From NCBI GenBank assembly GCA_963667015.2, contig CAXXJJ010000004.1, positions 3,040,001 to 3,104,000 on the forward strand: 64,000 nt of DNA, in the 5' to 3' direction. Shown in pieces: positions 10,394-19,520 of the stretch. A program made the translations under genes and the position numbers. The DNA comes from Desulfatiglandales bacterium. Lineage in GTDB: Bacteria; Desulfobacterota; DSM-4660; Desulfatiglandales; HGW-15. The notes below the pieces were generated by a model. The model did not search any database and was not told the DNA's origin. It saw only the letters and a program-made list of their open reading frames with translations. The first letter of the stretch is position 1, and each line of letters begins with the position of its first letter.

Positions 10394-11058
10394 GTAAAAT
10401 ACCAATTGTACTTGCAACAAGGAACCAGGGAAAAATAAAAGAGATAGCGGAACTTCTGAGCGGTTATGATATAGATGTTAAAAGCCTGAATGATTTTGGC
10501 CCCATACCCGTGGTTGAGGAAACAGGAGACACCTTTGAAGATAATGCATATATAAAGGCACATTTTACTGCCAGAGTACTTGGGCTTCCGGCAATAGCCG
10601 ACGATTCGGGCCTTGTTGTAGAGGCACTCGACGGCGCCCCGGGTGTTTTTTCCGCCCGGTACTCAGGTGAAGACGCGACTGATAATGAAAATAACATGAA
10701 ACTGCTAAAAGAAATGGAAGGAATGACAGAAAGAAAGGCCCATTTTGAGACAGCGGTTATATTAGCGGTTCCAAGAGGTCCGGCCCTTACATATATCGGA
10801 AAGGTGGAAGGTGAAATTACCGAATCACCGCAGGGCGATAACGGGTTTGGCTATGATCCGCTCTTTTATTACCCGCCCATGTCAAAGACATTCGCCCAGA
10901 TGACCGGAGAAGAAAAAAACAGCATAAGTCACAGGGGCAAGGCAATAAAGGAACTGGCAGGGGAATTTGACAAGGTGATGATCTGGCTGAAAAACCGGAT
11001 GGCCGAAGAGCCCTATGGTTCGAATGAATGTTTTAATCCGGCCCACTCCCATAAATGA
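10390..11058 (+). CDS. rdgB: XTP/dITP diphosphatase (RdgB/HAM1)
   Basis: ATRNQGK, ADDSGL, GFGYDP and ISHRGKA motifs. Confidence 0.95.
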   Translation: MSKIPIVLATRNQGKIKEIAELLSGYDIDVKSLNDFGPIPVVEETGDTFEDNAYIKAHFTARVLGLPAIADDSGLVVEALDGAPGVFSARYSGEDATDNENNMKLLKEMEGMTERKAHFETAVILAVPRGPALTYIGKVEGEITESPQGDNGFGYDPLFYYPPMSKTFAQMTGEEKNSISHRGKAIKELAGEFDKVMIWLKNRMAEEPYGSNECFNPAHSHK

Positions 11059-11166
11059 TTTATAACCCGGATTTTATTTAATAAAAAAATTTGACATGCC
11101 GAATAATATGTATATTTTAATTTTATAAAATCAAGGATTTACTTAAACCAGAAGGAGGCGATATTA

Positions 11167-11481
11167 ATGTTAACAGTAACAGAAACTGCAAATGAGAAGA
11201 TAACGGATTTTCTGAAAGCCCAGAAAGACCCGTCATATATAAGGTTCTTTCTCTCAGAAGGCGGGTGATCCGGACCATCTATTGGAATGGCTCTGGATGA
11301 GCCAGCAGACAATGATGAAATTATCAAGGACAATGGGGTTACATACCTTATTGATAAAAACCTTCTTGAACAGGCAAAACCTATAAACGTAGACTTTATA
11401 AGCGGTGAAAGAGGCTCAGGATTTTCAATTACATCCAATCTTCCTAAAGGAGATTCCTGCAGCAGTTGTTCAAGCTGCTAG
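11167..11481 (+). CDS. HesB/IscA-like selenoprotein (Sec at in-frame TGA 11266-11268), 104 aa
   Basis: RBS GGAGG then ATG 11167: MLTVTETANEKITDFLKAQKDPSYIRFFLSEGG-TGA-SGPSIGMALDEP..., in frame with the 11287..11481 ORF. GG(U)SG matches the IscA GGCSG motif; hairpin directly 3' of the UGA. Confidence 0.88.
11269..11297 (+). promoter_or_regulatory. Candidate bacterial SECIS hairpin
   Basis: TCCGGA-CCAT-CTATTGGA-ATGG-C-TCTGGA folds into a stem-loop immediately after the UGA codon. Confidence 0.6.
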
Positions 11482-11500
11482 GTTTATTAAAAAACTTCAA

Positions 11501-11537
11501 AAAACCCCACTATTTTTTAAAAAAATGGTGGGGTTTT
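11501..11537. terminator. Bidirectional intrinsic terminator
   Basis: AAAACCCCAC...GTGGGGTTTT between convergent genes. Confidence 0.7.
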
Positions 11538-11542
11538 ATTTT

Positions 11543-11977
11543 TCAGAACGCCCCAAGCTGGCATGGCTTAATTTTTATACCAAGAGTATCACATGCTGAA
11601 GAAACATTCATTTTAGGAATACGGAGGGCCTTCGCAATCTCCCATGCAGCGGCACAGGTCAGTCTTCCATCAGCCAGTTTGCCCCTTATTGCACTTTCCA
11701 GATCATCAGGCACATTGTCCATTGGTTTGACCACCTTTTTTTCCGGCAGGTAACCGAAGATACCCATCTGGCACCTGACTATGCTAATCTCAAGCATATC
11801 TGCCGTGGCCCCAATCTCTCCGGCTGTTGTCCCAAAGGTGTCTGCAACTTTAAAGGCCGCGGCACAGGTAATTTTTCCATCAGTTGCCTTTTCTTTAACA
11901 GCATCTGCTATCAGCGGCTCAATCACCCTTTCATCAGAATGTTTTCTTGAATAGTGTCCTTTGTCTTGGCTCGCCAT
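11543..11977 (-). CDS. Conserved hypothetical protein with internally duplicated Cys motif domain
   Basis: Two repeats: DGKITCAAAF...CQMGIF and DGRLTCAAAW...CQLGAF. Confidence 0.75.
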   Translation of the reverse strand: MASQDKGHYSRKHSDERVIEPLIADAVKEKATDGKITCAAAFKVADTFGTTAGEIGATADMLEISIVRCQMGIFGYLPEKKVVKPMDNVPDDLESAIRGKLADGRLTCAAAWEIAKALRIPKMNVSSACDTLGIKIKPCQLGAF

Positions 11978-12151
11978 GCTTAAAACCCTTTCAATAATCC
12001 TTTTATTATTTTATTCCAGGAAGAGATAGATATCATATTATATTTATCTTTAACAATATTATTACGCCAGTTTATTTAAATGTCGTTAGTGGCTTATGAA
12101 TACGAAAGCCCCGGATATCGGGACTTTCAGAAGGTAATTCTTTATATTTTT

Positions 12152-12409
12152 TTAAACAAATAATTCACCAAAGGACCATGAATGGTTTTCAAAATGACTT
12201 TTAAAACAATCGTCACATAAAAATGCCGACCCATCTTTACACCCGAATCCTGTGAGGCATTCAAATGATGGCTTATCATCGGATTTGATCTCTGAGGTCC
12301 ATTCCCGCTCTTTACAAATAGAGCATTTGCTGTTTAATATTTCCTTGTAATCACCTTTTGATTCATTTGCCTTGATATAGTCTTTTCTTTCTATTCTTTT
12401 GAAACCCAT
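12152..12409 (-). CDS. Small Cys-rich (Zn-finger-like) hypothetical protein
   Basis: 85 aa; RBS AAGGAG; CSIC, C..C and LCDDCF..H motifs. Confidence 0.5.
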   Translation of the reverse strand: MGFKRIERKDYIKANESKGDYKEILNSKCSICKEREWTSEIKSDDKPSFECLTGFGCKDGSAFLCDDCFKSHFENHSWSFGELFV

Positions 12410-12778
12410 ATTCCTTACTCCTTTCTTTATAAATTAAATTTGAGTAAATCCTGTTTTCATACCTGAAATTATGGGGTATCGATATCTTAACTACCATAAT
12501 TATAACAAATTAATTATTATCCGGGAAAAAACAATTACTTTAATGAGTCGTTTCATGTGATTTGTACATTTATTCTGATTTTTATCAGACTGGTCACACT
12601 ATATGCCCGATTATATTGCGATGAGTAATGTCTGATGCCTCGTCGATTGAGGCGCGGAAGGTCATTTGATTATTTCCACCGCAACGGGTATTTTTGAAAT
12701 TTATTTTACAATATCAAATATTCAGTTTTTAAGGTATAAATGTTAATTCTTTTAATCAAATATAAAAGGAGTTCGACA

Positions 12779-13552
12779 ATGCTTCATATTGAAGACCTCA
12801 AGGTAGAGCTTGCAGGGAAAATAATCCTGGACCATATTGACCTGGATATAAATCCGGGTGAAACCCATATCCTTTTCGGGCCCAATGGATCCGGCAAGAC
12901 ATCACTCTTAATGACAATAATGGGTTATCCCCAGTACAGGGTTATTGCCGGAAAGATTTTTTTCAAGGGTGAAGATATCACCCACATGCCTATTAATGAA
13001 AGGGCCGTACTCGGGATAGGAATGTCATACCAGAGGCCGCCCACAATCCACGGTTTAAAAACCCGTCAGATGGTAAACCTGTGCGCGGGAGAGGAAATAG
13101 ATGCCGAATCCCTGGCTGAAAAGGTCAACTTTAAGGACTTTCTAAACAGGGACATTAACTCGGGATTTTCAGGAGGAGAGATCAAACGATCGGAACTTCT
13201 TCAGCTCATGGCACAGAAACCCGACCTCATGCTCTTTGACGAGCCTGAGTCAGGAGTTGATATGGAGAATATGGTGCTTGTAGGAAAGACCATAGCAAGA
13301 CTCCTTGAGAGAAACGGCTACAAGAGTGACAACAAATCAAAAATGAAGGTAAAAAGGGATAGAACCAAAATGGGTCTTATCATAACCCATACCGGCTATA
13401 TCCTGGATTATTTAACCGGTGACAAGGGACAGGTACTATATAACGGCAGGTTAAGCTGCGTCAGCAACCCCAGGGAAATACTGGGCTGTGTTGGAGAATC
13501 CGGATACGAGGAGTGTGTGCGATGCATGACAGATCTTATAGAAATCAGTTAA
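12779..13552 (+). CDS. sufC: SufC-like ABC ATPase of minimal Suf (SMS) system
   Basis: GPNGSGKT, FSGGE, FDEPESGVD, IITH; C-terminal C-X18-C-X2-C; start after RBS AAAGGAG. Confidence 0.85.
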   Translation: MLHIEDLKVELAGKIILDHIDLDINPGETHILFGPNGSGKTSLLMTIMGYPQYRVIAGKIFFKGEDITHMPINERAVLGIGMSYQRPPTIHGLKTRQMVNLCAGEEIDAESLAEKVNFKDFLNRDINSGFSGGEIKRSELLQLMAQKPDLMLFDEPESGVDMENMVLVGKTIARLLERNGYKSDNKSKMKVKRDRTKMGLIITHTGYILDYLTGDKGQVLYNGRLSCVSNPREILGCVGESGYEECVRCMTDLIEIS

Positions 13553-14757
13553 AGGAAATGGCCGAAAGAGCCGCCGACAAAACAGCCGCCATTGGTCCTG
13601 ATATTAATCTCGATGAATATGATGATGCACCCGTGGGACACACCTACATGGCTGACGAGGATATGTGCGGGCTCCCCCAGGAGGAAAAGCTCACGCTTAT
13701 TATGGCCGGCATGGATGTCAGCCAGAAAAACAGAGGGGGTACATACCTGCAGAAAGATACCGAGGTTGTGCACTGTCACAGCCAGCAGGAAGGAATAGAA
13801 ATAATACCTATTAAAAAGGCCCTCGAGGAATATGACTGGATTGATGAATACTATTGGAAGCTTGCAAAGGTGGACACTGACAAGTACACGGCAGCGACAG
13901 AACTTGGGCTTCATGACGGCTATGTAATAAGGGCACTTCCCGGCAGTAAATCGGTATATCCCATTCAGGCGTGTCTTTATCTTGACAAAAACGGTCTTCA
14001 GCAGAACGTGCACAATATTATTATCGCGGAGGAGGATTCCGAGCTGCATATTATCACAGGATGTTCAACCTCTCCCCACATGAAAACAGGGGCACATGTC
14101 GGCATCTCGGAATTTTTCATAAAAAAGAATGCAAAACTGAGCTTCACCATGATCCATAACTGGGCCGAAGAAATGGTGGTCCGCCCTCGGTCTGTTGCAC
14201 GGGTTGAGAAAGGCGGACAGTTTATCAACAACTACATATGTATGAAGCCGGTTAAATCGCTCCAGATGTATCCGGTAACACACCTTGTTGGAGAAAACGC
14301 GGTGGCAAGGTTCTACAGCATCATAGTGGGCAGTCCGGGTTCGGAATATGATATTGGAGGCCGGATCTTCCTCAAGGAAAAGGGAAACAGGGCAGAGATT
14401 GTGGCCAGGACCATTAGCAATGGAAGTAAAATAATAGCCAGGGGGCACCTTATTGGTGAGGTGCCTGACATAAAGGCGCATCTCGAGTGCAAGGGTCTTT
14501 TGCTCAACGGCGGTCTGATCCACGCAATACCGGAGCTTGAAGGTCATGCGGACGGCGTGGAGATGTCACACGAGGCGGCAGTAGGCAAAATAGCCCAGGA
14601 GGAGATTACCTATCTCATGTCAAGGGGACTGAGTGAGGAAGAGGCAACATCTACAATAGTGAGGGGATTTTTAAATGTCGATATCCCGGGGCTCCCTCCC
14701 GAACTCCAGGCGGAAATAGACAGGGCAATTGAAGAAAGCGACAAGGATGTGATGTGA
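13513..14757 (+). CDS. sufB: SufB/SufD-family Fe-S scaffold (SMS type)
   Basis: LHIITGC, ECKGLLL, SHEAAVGKI and YLMSRGL..IVRGF motifs; overlaps sufC; exact start uncertain. Confidence 0.85.
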   Translation: MCAMHDRSYRNQLKEMAERAADKTAAIGPDINLDEYDDAPVGHTYMADEDMCGLPQEEKLTLIMAGMDVSQKNRGGTYLQKDTEVVHCHSQQEGIEIIPIKKALEEYDWIDEYYWKLAKVDTDKYTAATELGLHDGYVIRALPGSKSVYPIQACLYLDKNGLQQNVHNIIIAEEDSELHIITGCSTSPHMKTGAHVGISEFFIKKNAKLSFTMIHNWAEEMVVRPRSVARVEKGGQFINNYICMKPVKSLQMYPVTHLVGENAVARFYSIIVGSPGSEYDIGGRIFLKEKGNRAEIVARTISNGSKIIARGHLIGEVPDIKAHLECKGLLLNGGLIHAIPELEGHADGVEMSHEAAVGKIAQEEITYLMSRGLSEEEATSTIVRGFLNVDIPGLPPELQAEIDRAIEESDKDVM

Positions 14758-14774
14758 TGTGATTTGTCAGTGTA

Positions 14775-14885
14775 TCCCGCGCCTTCACTTCGTTCGCTGG
14801 AAAACAGAGAACGAAGTGAAAAACAGACATTACAACAAAAAAATAAAAGTCTTTCTCTAGGGGCTCTGCGGGCTCCCAGAGAAAC
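14775..14885. repeat. Palindromic intergenic REP-like element, family B (degenerate)
   Basis: CCCGCGCCTTCACTTCGTTCGCT resembles the reverse complement of 34876-34897; shares CTCTGCGGGCTC with 34865-34876; lies between convergent genes. Confidence 0.5.
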
Positions 14886-14891
14886 ATTTTT

Positions 14892-15848
14892 TTATTTCCC
14901 GAAAGCCCCTTTTATCTCATCAATCCCCGGTGGCGCAAAGTCCCATTTTTTGACCACCACGCCATCATTAATTAGTATGGTCCTGGGTATCTCGCCTTCT
15001 CCAAGAATTCTCCAGAAGTCATCATCGGGTATCTGAACAATCTCAAAGGACGGTTCAAAATCAAATTCAAACTCTTCCCTTTGTTTTTTACCATTCATAC
15101 AGACAGAGATAACATCGGGCAGATCCTCATCTTCGGCAATCATATTCAGGCTGTCCATCTCGGCCCTGCAATGGGAGCAATCGGTTGCCAGGACAATCAC
15201 AATATGCCTGCCGACATTAAAATCCTTCCCAGGAATACCTTCAAGGACAAAATGTTCAGAACCTTCTACAGGTCCGGTTATAGCGGCATCAATACGGTCA
15301 AGTAACGGTCCGGCTGTTATCGGCATCAATAAACCGGTAAGCAGCACTGCAACGACTATTAGTTCCTTTAGAAAAAATGGCCAGGTTTTAAATGATCTGT
15401 TCCACTTCCATGCAACCACCAGGGCAGCAAAAAGGATAACATCTTCCAGCATTGCCTCTTCAGGCGTCCTCTCTATCCACGACCCGAAACATCCACAGTC
15501 ATCGGTTACACCGGTAGCCCATGCATAACCTGTAGCTGCAATAAATATTAGAAATAAAATACCGCCTAAAGGTACGGCTATCTTGGGTCGGTAGTTGACT
15601 ACAAGGGCTGCGCCAAGACAACATTCAAAGATTATAAGCCCCCAGGCAGAGAAAATAATCAATAATGGATTGGTTATAATCTCGTAGTCACGTATCTGGC
15701 GGATAAAGAGATCTATTTCAAATGCCTTTGGCAGGGCTGCGACAAGCAGGACAAGCCCGACAATGCTTGAAAGTATTATTGGTATAAGAGACAGATATTT
15801 CTTTGAGAAGGTTGCAACATCACCGGAGTTGAAGTTTTCAGCAGACAC
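14892..15848 (-). CDS. MauE/DoxX-family membrane protein with C-terminal thioredoxin-like domain
   Basis: DDCGCFG MauE motif, TM helices, CSHC and EIPRT in the C-terminal domain. Confidence 0.8.
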   Translation of the reverse strand: MSAENFNSGDVATFSKKYLSLIPIILSSIVGLVLLVAALPKAFEIDLFIRQIRDYEIITNPLLIIFSAWGLIIFECCLGAALVVNYRPKIAVPLGGILFLIFIAATGYAWATGVTDDCGCFGSWIERTPEEAMLEDVILFAALVVAWKWNRSFKTWPFFLKELIVVAVLLTGLLMPITAGPLLDRIDAAITGPVEGSEHFVLEGIPGKDFNVGRHIVIVLATDCSHCRAEMDSLNMIAEDEDLPDVISVCMNGKKQREEFEFDFEPSFEIVQIPDDDFWRILGEGEIPRTILINDGVVVKKWDFAPPGIDEIKGAFGK

Positions 15849-15922
15849 AGAAAAGTCCTCGCAGAATTAGAATTGGTAATTACCACTGAGCCATAATCAT
15901 TTTCCTCAGCCGGTAGGAGATA

Positions 15923-16768
15923 TTACCACATAATCCTTTCCTGTCCACTGAAAACTGCCATATCTTTACCTCCGCTATGGCACACCAGCGTCATATTGAG
16001 GCTTCTTCCCAGTTCAACGGCCAGGGCCGTTGGCCGAGATTTACTGATCATGATAAAGATGCCTGCCCGGTTTGCCTTCTGTATCATCTCAAAGCTGATC
16101 CGTGAGGTCAGGACAGCTATACACGCATCCTTGATCTTCCTGCCCATCAGAACCCTGCCAACAGCCTTGTCAAGGGCATTGTGTCTTCCCACATCTTCAC
16201 CCTTTGATATGACATCAAGATTAGTATCAAGGATAACAATGGCGTGTGATCCCCTTGTACGCCTGTAAAGGCTCTGGGACTCCACAAGCCTTTCGCCGGC
16301 CTTAAATATCTCATCAGTGGTGATTTTTCTATCAGTATCACCATATTGCAGTATCTGGGATATCTCATCAATGAATCCCTTGCCGCATATGCCGCAGCTT
16401 GTCTGACTGACAAAACCCTTGCGGTCGAGGAGAGCTGAAACCTTTTTTAGCCTTTCGGGGCTGAGGGTTACCTCCACTACATTCGGATCCATGTCCGCAC
16501 AGAATCCTATGGTATTGAAGTCAGTATAGTCATCGATTATCCCCTCAGCCAGGCAGAATCCGGCAGCATGAAAGGTTTCATCGCCGGGAGTTCTCATGAT
16601 AACAGAGTAAGGCTTTTCTTCAATCCTTATCAAAAGAGGTTCTTCGCAGATAAGATCATGCTGGTCGCTAACGGGTTCCCCGTTCTTAAGCCTCGTTATC
16701 TCAAAGGATTTGCTTGTATCTGTTCCGGAAATTCTCTCTGAAAGAGTTTCATGGGGGTATTTTTGCAT
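15923..16768 (-). CDS. fdhD: Formate dehydrogenase accessory sulfurtransferase FdhD
   Basis: EEPL, MRTPG, SCGICG and EDVGRHNALDK motifs. Confidence 0.93.
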   Translation of the reverse strand: MQKYPHETLSERISGTDTSKSFEITRLKNGEPVSDQHDLICEEPLLIRIEEKPYSVIMRTPGDETFHAAGFCLAEGIIDDYTDFNTIGFCADMDPNVVEVTLSPERLKKVSALLDRKGFVSQTSCGICGKGFIDEISQILQYGDTDRKITTDEIFKAGERLVESQSLYRRTRGSHAIVILDTNLDVISKGEDVGRHNALDKAVGRVLMGRKIKDACIAVLTSRISFEMIQKANRAGIFIMISKSRPTALAVELGRSLNMTLVCHSGGKDMAVFSGQERIMW

Positions 16769-16773
16769 ATTTA

Positions 16774-17229
16774 TCAGTTCCGTTTATCTGCTTCCGGATT
16801 ATCCATTACCCGGATATTATCCCCGCTGTTGACCGTTCCGCCTTCAATAACCTTTGCGAATATACCTTCTCTTGGCATTATACAGTCACCGGCCTGATAA
16901 TATATGGCACACTTGTTATGGCATTCCTTTCCTATCTGGGTCACTTCCACGAGTGTTGTTTCCCCCAGTTTGAGCCTGGTTCCTATGGGTACCTTTTTCC
17001 AGTCGATTCCTTCCGTGGCAAAATTCTCGGCAAAATCACCAAAGGTAACATTAAGTCCCCTGTCCCGTGCCTCTTTTATGCTCTCAGAGGACAGAAAACT
17101 GACCTGCCTGTGCCAGGGTCCTGAATGTGCATCGCCATTAATGCCGAAATCCTTTTTTACAACTACTGAATCAAGTGTGGTTTTTCTTGTTCCCTTTTTT
17201 TTACTTGTCGCTATTGAAACTATTTTCAT
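16774..17229 (-). CDS. MOSC domain protein
   Basis: GDAH..WHRQVS, FAEN, QIGKECH and CIMPREGIF motifs. Confidence 0.9.
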   Translation of the reverse strand: MKIVSIATSKKKGTRKTTLDSVVVKKDFGINGDAHSGPWHRQVSFLSSESIKEARDRGLNVTFGDFAENFATEGIDWKKVPIGTRLKLGETTLVEVTQIGKECHNKCAIYYQAGDCIMPREGIFAKVIEGGTVNSGDNIRVMDNPEADKRN

Positions 17230-17636
17230 TAGATTATCTCTGATAATTTTAAGGTGTTTAATTTATCATATATTGCTGCGGTTATCATATCCCATAAATC
17301 CCTGGATTTACAGTCCACAGACCTTGTGCAGGTACCCGGATCGTTGACACAGCTGGCAATATCCATTCCTTCTTCAAGCACCTCAAGGACTTCCCCCATC
17401 TTTATTTCTTCCGGGGGCCTGGCGAGCATGTGCCCACCCTTTCTTCCTCTTACGCTTTTAATAAGGTTGGCTTTTCTGAGGGGAAGAATTATCTGCTCCA
17501 GGTATTTCACTGAAATCCCCTGCCGCTCGGCAATAAAGCCTGTCTGAACAGGTCCCTCATTATAATGCTCGGCCAGGTCTATCAAAAATCTTGTACCATA
17601 GCGGGTTTTTGTTGACAGCTTCATTTTACCTGACAA
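17229..17636 (-). CDS. Rrf2-family transcriptional regulator
   Basis: MKLSTKTRYG, KYLEQI, SVRGRKGG and three Cys (C..C..C). Confidence 0.92.
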   Translation of the reverse strand: MSGKMKLSTKTRYGTRFLIDLAEHYNEGPVQTGFIAERQGISVKYLEQIILPLRKANLIKSVRGRKGGHMLARPPEEIKMGEVLEVLEEGMDIASCVNDPGTCTRSVDCKSRDLWDMITAAIYDKLNTLKLSEII

Positions 17637-18798
17637 CCTTGTTATACAGGGGAGAAATTTCTCTTAAGGAAACAACCGTATCCCTCAACACTGCCAGAAA
17701 TTTATCCACATCCTCTTCGGTGTTATCTATGCCAAAGGTGATAACCATTGTTCCCTGGGCATCGGCAAAATCACAGCCAATGGACAGGAGGACATGTGAT
17801 GCCCTTAAGGCACCTGCCGCGCATGCTGACCTTGTTGATACGGCAATACCTTCTTCATCAAGCATGAGTACAACGCTCTCACCTTCTATATATTTTATTG
17901 AAACACTTATATGATTCGGCAGACTGCTCTCCGGATGGCCATTCACAACATATTCATCAATATAATCGGGCAGTTCCCTGAGCAGTTTCTCTTTAAGATT
18001 TTTCGAGTGAAGGATTCTTTTTTCCATATCCTTCAATGCGAGCTCCGCAGCTTTTCCCATACCGACAATGCCTATAAGGTTTTCTGTTCCCGCCCTTTTG
18101 TTATTCTCCTGCACGCCGCCGTCAAACACTGGCCATATTCCTGTTCCACGCTTGATATACAAACCGCCCACACCTGCCGGGCCGTAATATGCATTGGACC
18201 CGAAGCTCAGGAGATCAACCCCAAGATCCTGGACATCAACAGGAATAACACCCACTGAATCAACCGCATCGGTATGAAACAGGATATTGTGGGCCTTTGC
18301 AATCGCAGCTATCTCCTTAATGGGCTGGATCGTACCAATTTCATTGTTGCTGTGCATGATCGAGATGAGTATGGTCTCATCTGTTATGGCCTCCTCAATT
18401 TCTTTCGGATCAACCATGCCGTGTTTATCCACGGACACGGATGTTACCCTGTAGTCAAACAGCTTGAGGCGCTTAATTGACCTGATCACGGAGCTGTGTT
18501 CAATATTGGATGTGATTATGTGTTTTCCCTTTTCACCCTTTGCAAATGCAACCCCTTTGATCGCGTGATTAACAGATTCAGTTCCCCCCGAGGTAAATAC
18601 TATCTCCTTTGGGACCGCGCAGTTTATGAGGCGCGCAACGGATTCTCTTGCTTCCTCAAGTGCGGTGGCAGCAGCATCGCCCAGACGGTGCTGACTTGAA
18701 GGATTCCCGTAGTTATTTCTTATAGTATTAATCATAGCTTCCTGGACTTCAGGGAGCAGCGGATTAGCCGATAAATGATCAAGGTTAACAATCTTCAT
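17626..18798 (-). CDS. nifS: Cysteine desulfurase (NifS/IscS family)
   Basis: GNPSS, TSGGTES, EHSS, NNEIGT, HTDA, RAGTEN and RSAC motifs. Confidence 0.88.
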   Translation of the reverse strand: MKIVNLDHLSANPLLPEVQEAMINTIRNNYGNPSSQHRLGDAAATALEEARESVARLINCAVPKEIVFTSGGTESVNHAIKGVAFAKGEKGKHIITSNIEHSSVIRSIKRLKLFDYRVTSVSVDKHGMVDPKEIEEAITDETILISIMHSNNEIGTIQPIKEIAAIAKAHNILFHTDAVDSVGVIPVDVQDLGVDLLSFGSNAYYGPAGVGGLYIKRGTGIWPVFDGGVQENNKRAGTENLIGIVGMGKAAELALKDMEKRILHSKNLKEKLLRELPDYIDEYVVNGHPESSLPNHISVSIKYIEGESVVLMLDEEGIAVSTRSACAAGALRASHVLLSIGCDFADAQGTMVITFGIDNTEEDVDKFLAVLRDTVVSLREISPLYNKVVR

Positions 18799-18819
18799 AT
18801 CAATCCCTCCTTTCCAGGC

Positions 18820-19332
18820 CTACTTGAGAGTAACCAGCTCATTCTGACATGAAGTGCAGAATGACACTCCTTCTTCAACTTCAGCGTCACAGTAGGGGCA
18901 GTTACAGCTGTCACCCTCACCATGTTCATGCTTTTCATCCTGTTGTTTCTCAACCCTTGGTTTTCCGGCCTTCCTGTCCTCATAATCCTTAATTGCCAGT
19001 TGAAGGGCATCAGCGCCAAGATTGGAGCAGTGAAGTTTATTCTTTGGCAGGCCTTCAAGTGCTTCAGCTACATCCTTATTGGTTATTTTTTTTGCATCTT
19101 CAATTGATTTTCCCTTTGCCATTTCGGTAAGCATGCTTGAAACGGCTATCGCAGCACCGCATCCAAATGTCTGGAATTTAATATCTTCAATTTTTTCATC
19201 CTCAATCTTCAGATAGATGGTCATCATATCTCCGCAAAGGGGATTTCCAACCTCACCAACGGCATCTGCATTTTCAATTGTACCTACGTTCCTGGGCTTT
19301 TTAAAATGATCCATGACTGTCTTTGAGTACAT
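18820..19332 (-). CDS. nifU: Fe-S scaffold NifU/IscU with C-terminal zinc-ribbon extension
   Basis: GNPLCGD, FGCGAA and KLHCS motifs; tail CPYC...CTSC. Confidence 0.9.
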   Translation of the reverse strand: MYSKTVMDHFKKPRNVGTIENADAVGEVGNPLCGDMMTIYLKIEDEKIEDIKFQTFGCGAAIAVSSMLTEMAKGKSIEDAKKITNKDVAEALEGLPKNKLHCSNLGADALQLAIKDYEDRKAGKPRVEKQQDEKHEHGEGDSCNCPYCDAEVEEGVSFCTSCQNELVTLK

Positions 19333-19418
19333 AATTGCTCCCTCCTTTTTCCCTTTTACCCCTATTCTCTAAAACCAAAGTGGGATAACGAATAGTTTAG
19401 TACTACCTTAACCATTTT

Positions 19419-19471
19419 TATTTCATAGTAAAGTACTAGGAATTAAATAACCAGAAGGCGGTCTGTGTCAA
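19419..19471 (-). promoter_or_regulatory. nifU operon promoter with candidate Rrf2 operator
   Basis: Minus-strand TTGACA (19471-19466) and TTTAAT (19447-19442); imperfect palindrome TATTTCATAGT-N5-ACTAGGAATTA at 19419-19445. Confidence 0.5.
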
Positions 19472-19520
19472 GTTATATTTGAAAAAAGTTAAACATCAGT
19501 GCACCAAACCACAATGATTT

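Noticed and set aside
11139..11438. 99-aa minus-strand ORF
   Set aside because: Antisense shadow of the HesB selenoprotein gene.
12480..12720. Possible riboswitch or ncRNA upstream of sufC
   Set aside because: No recognisable aptamer consensus by eye; an Rfam scan would be needed.
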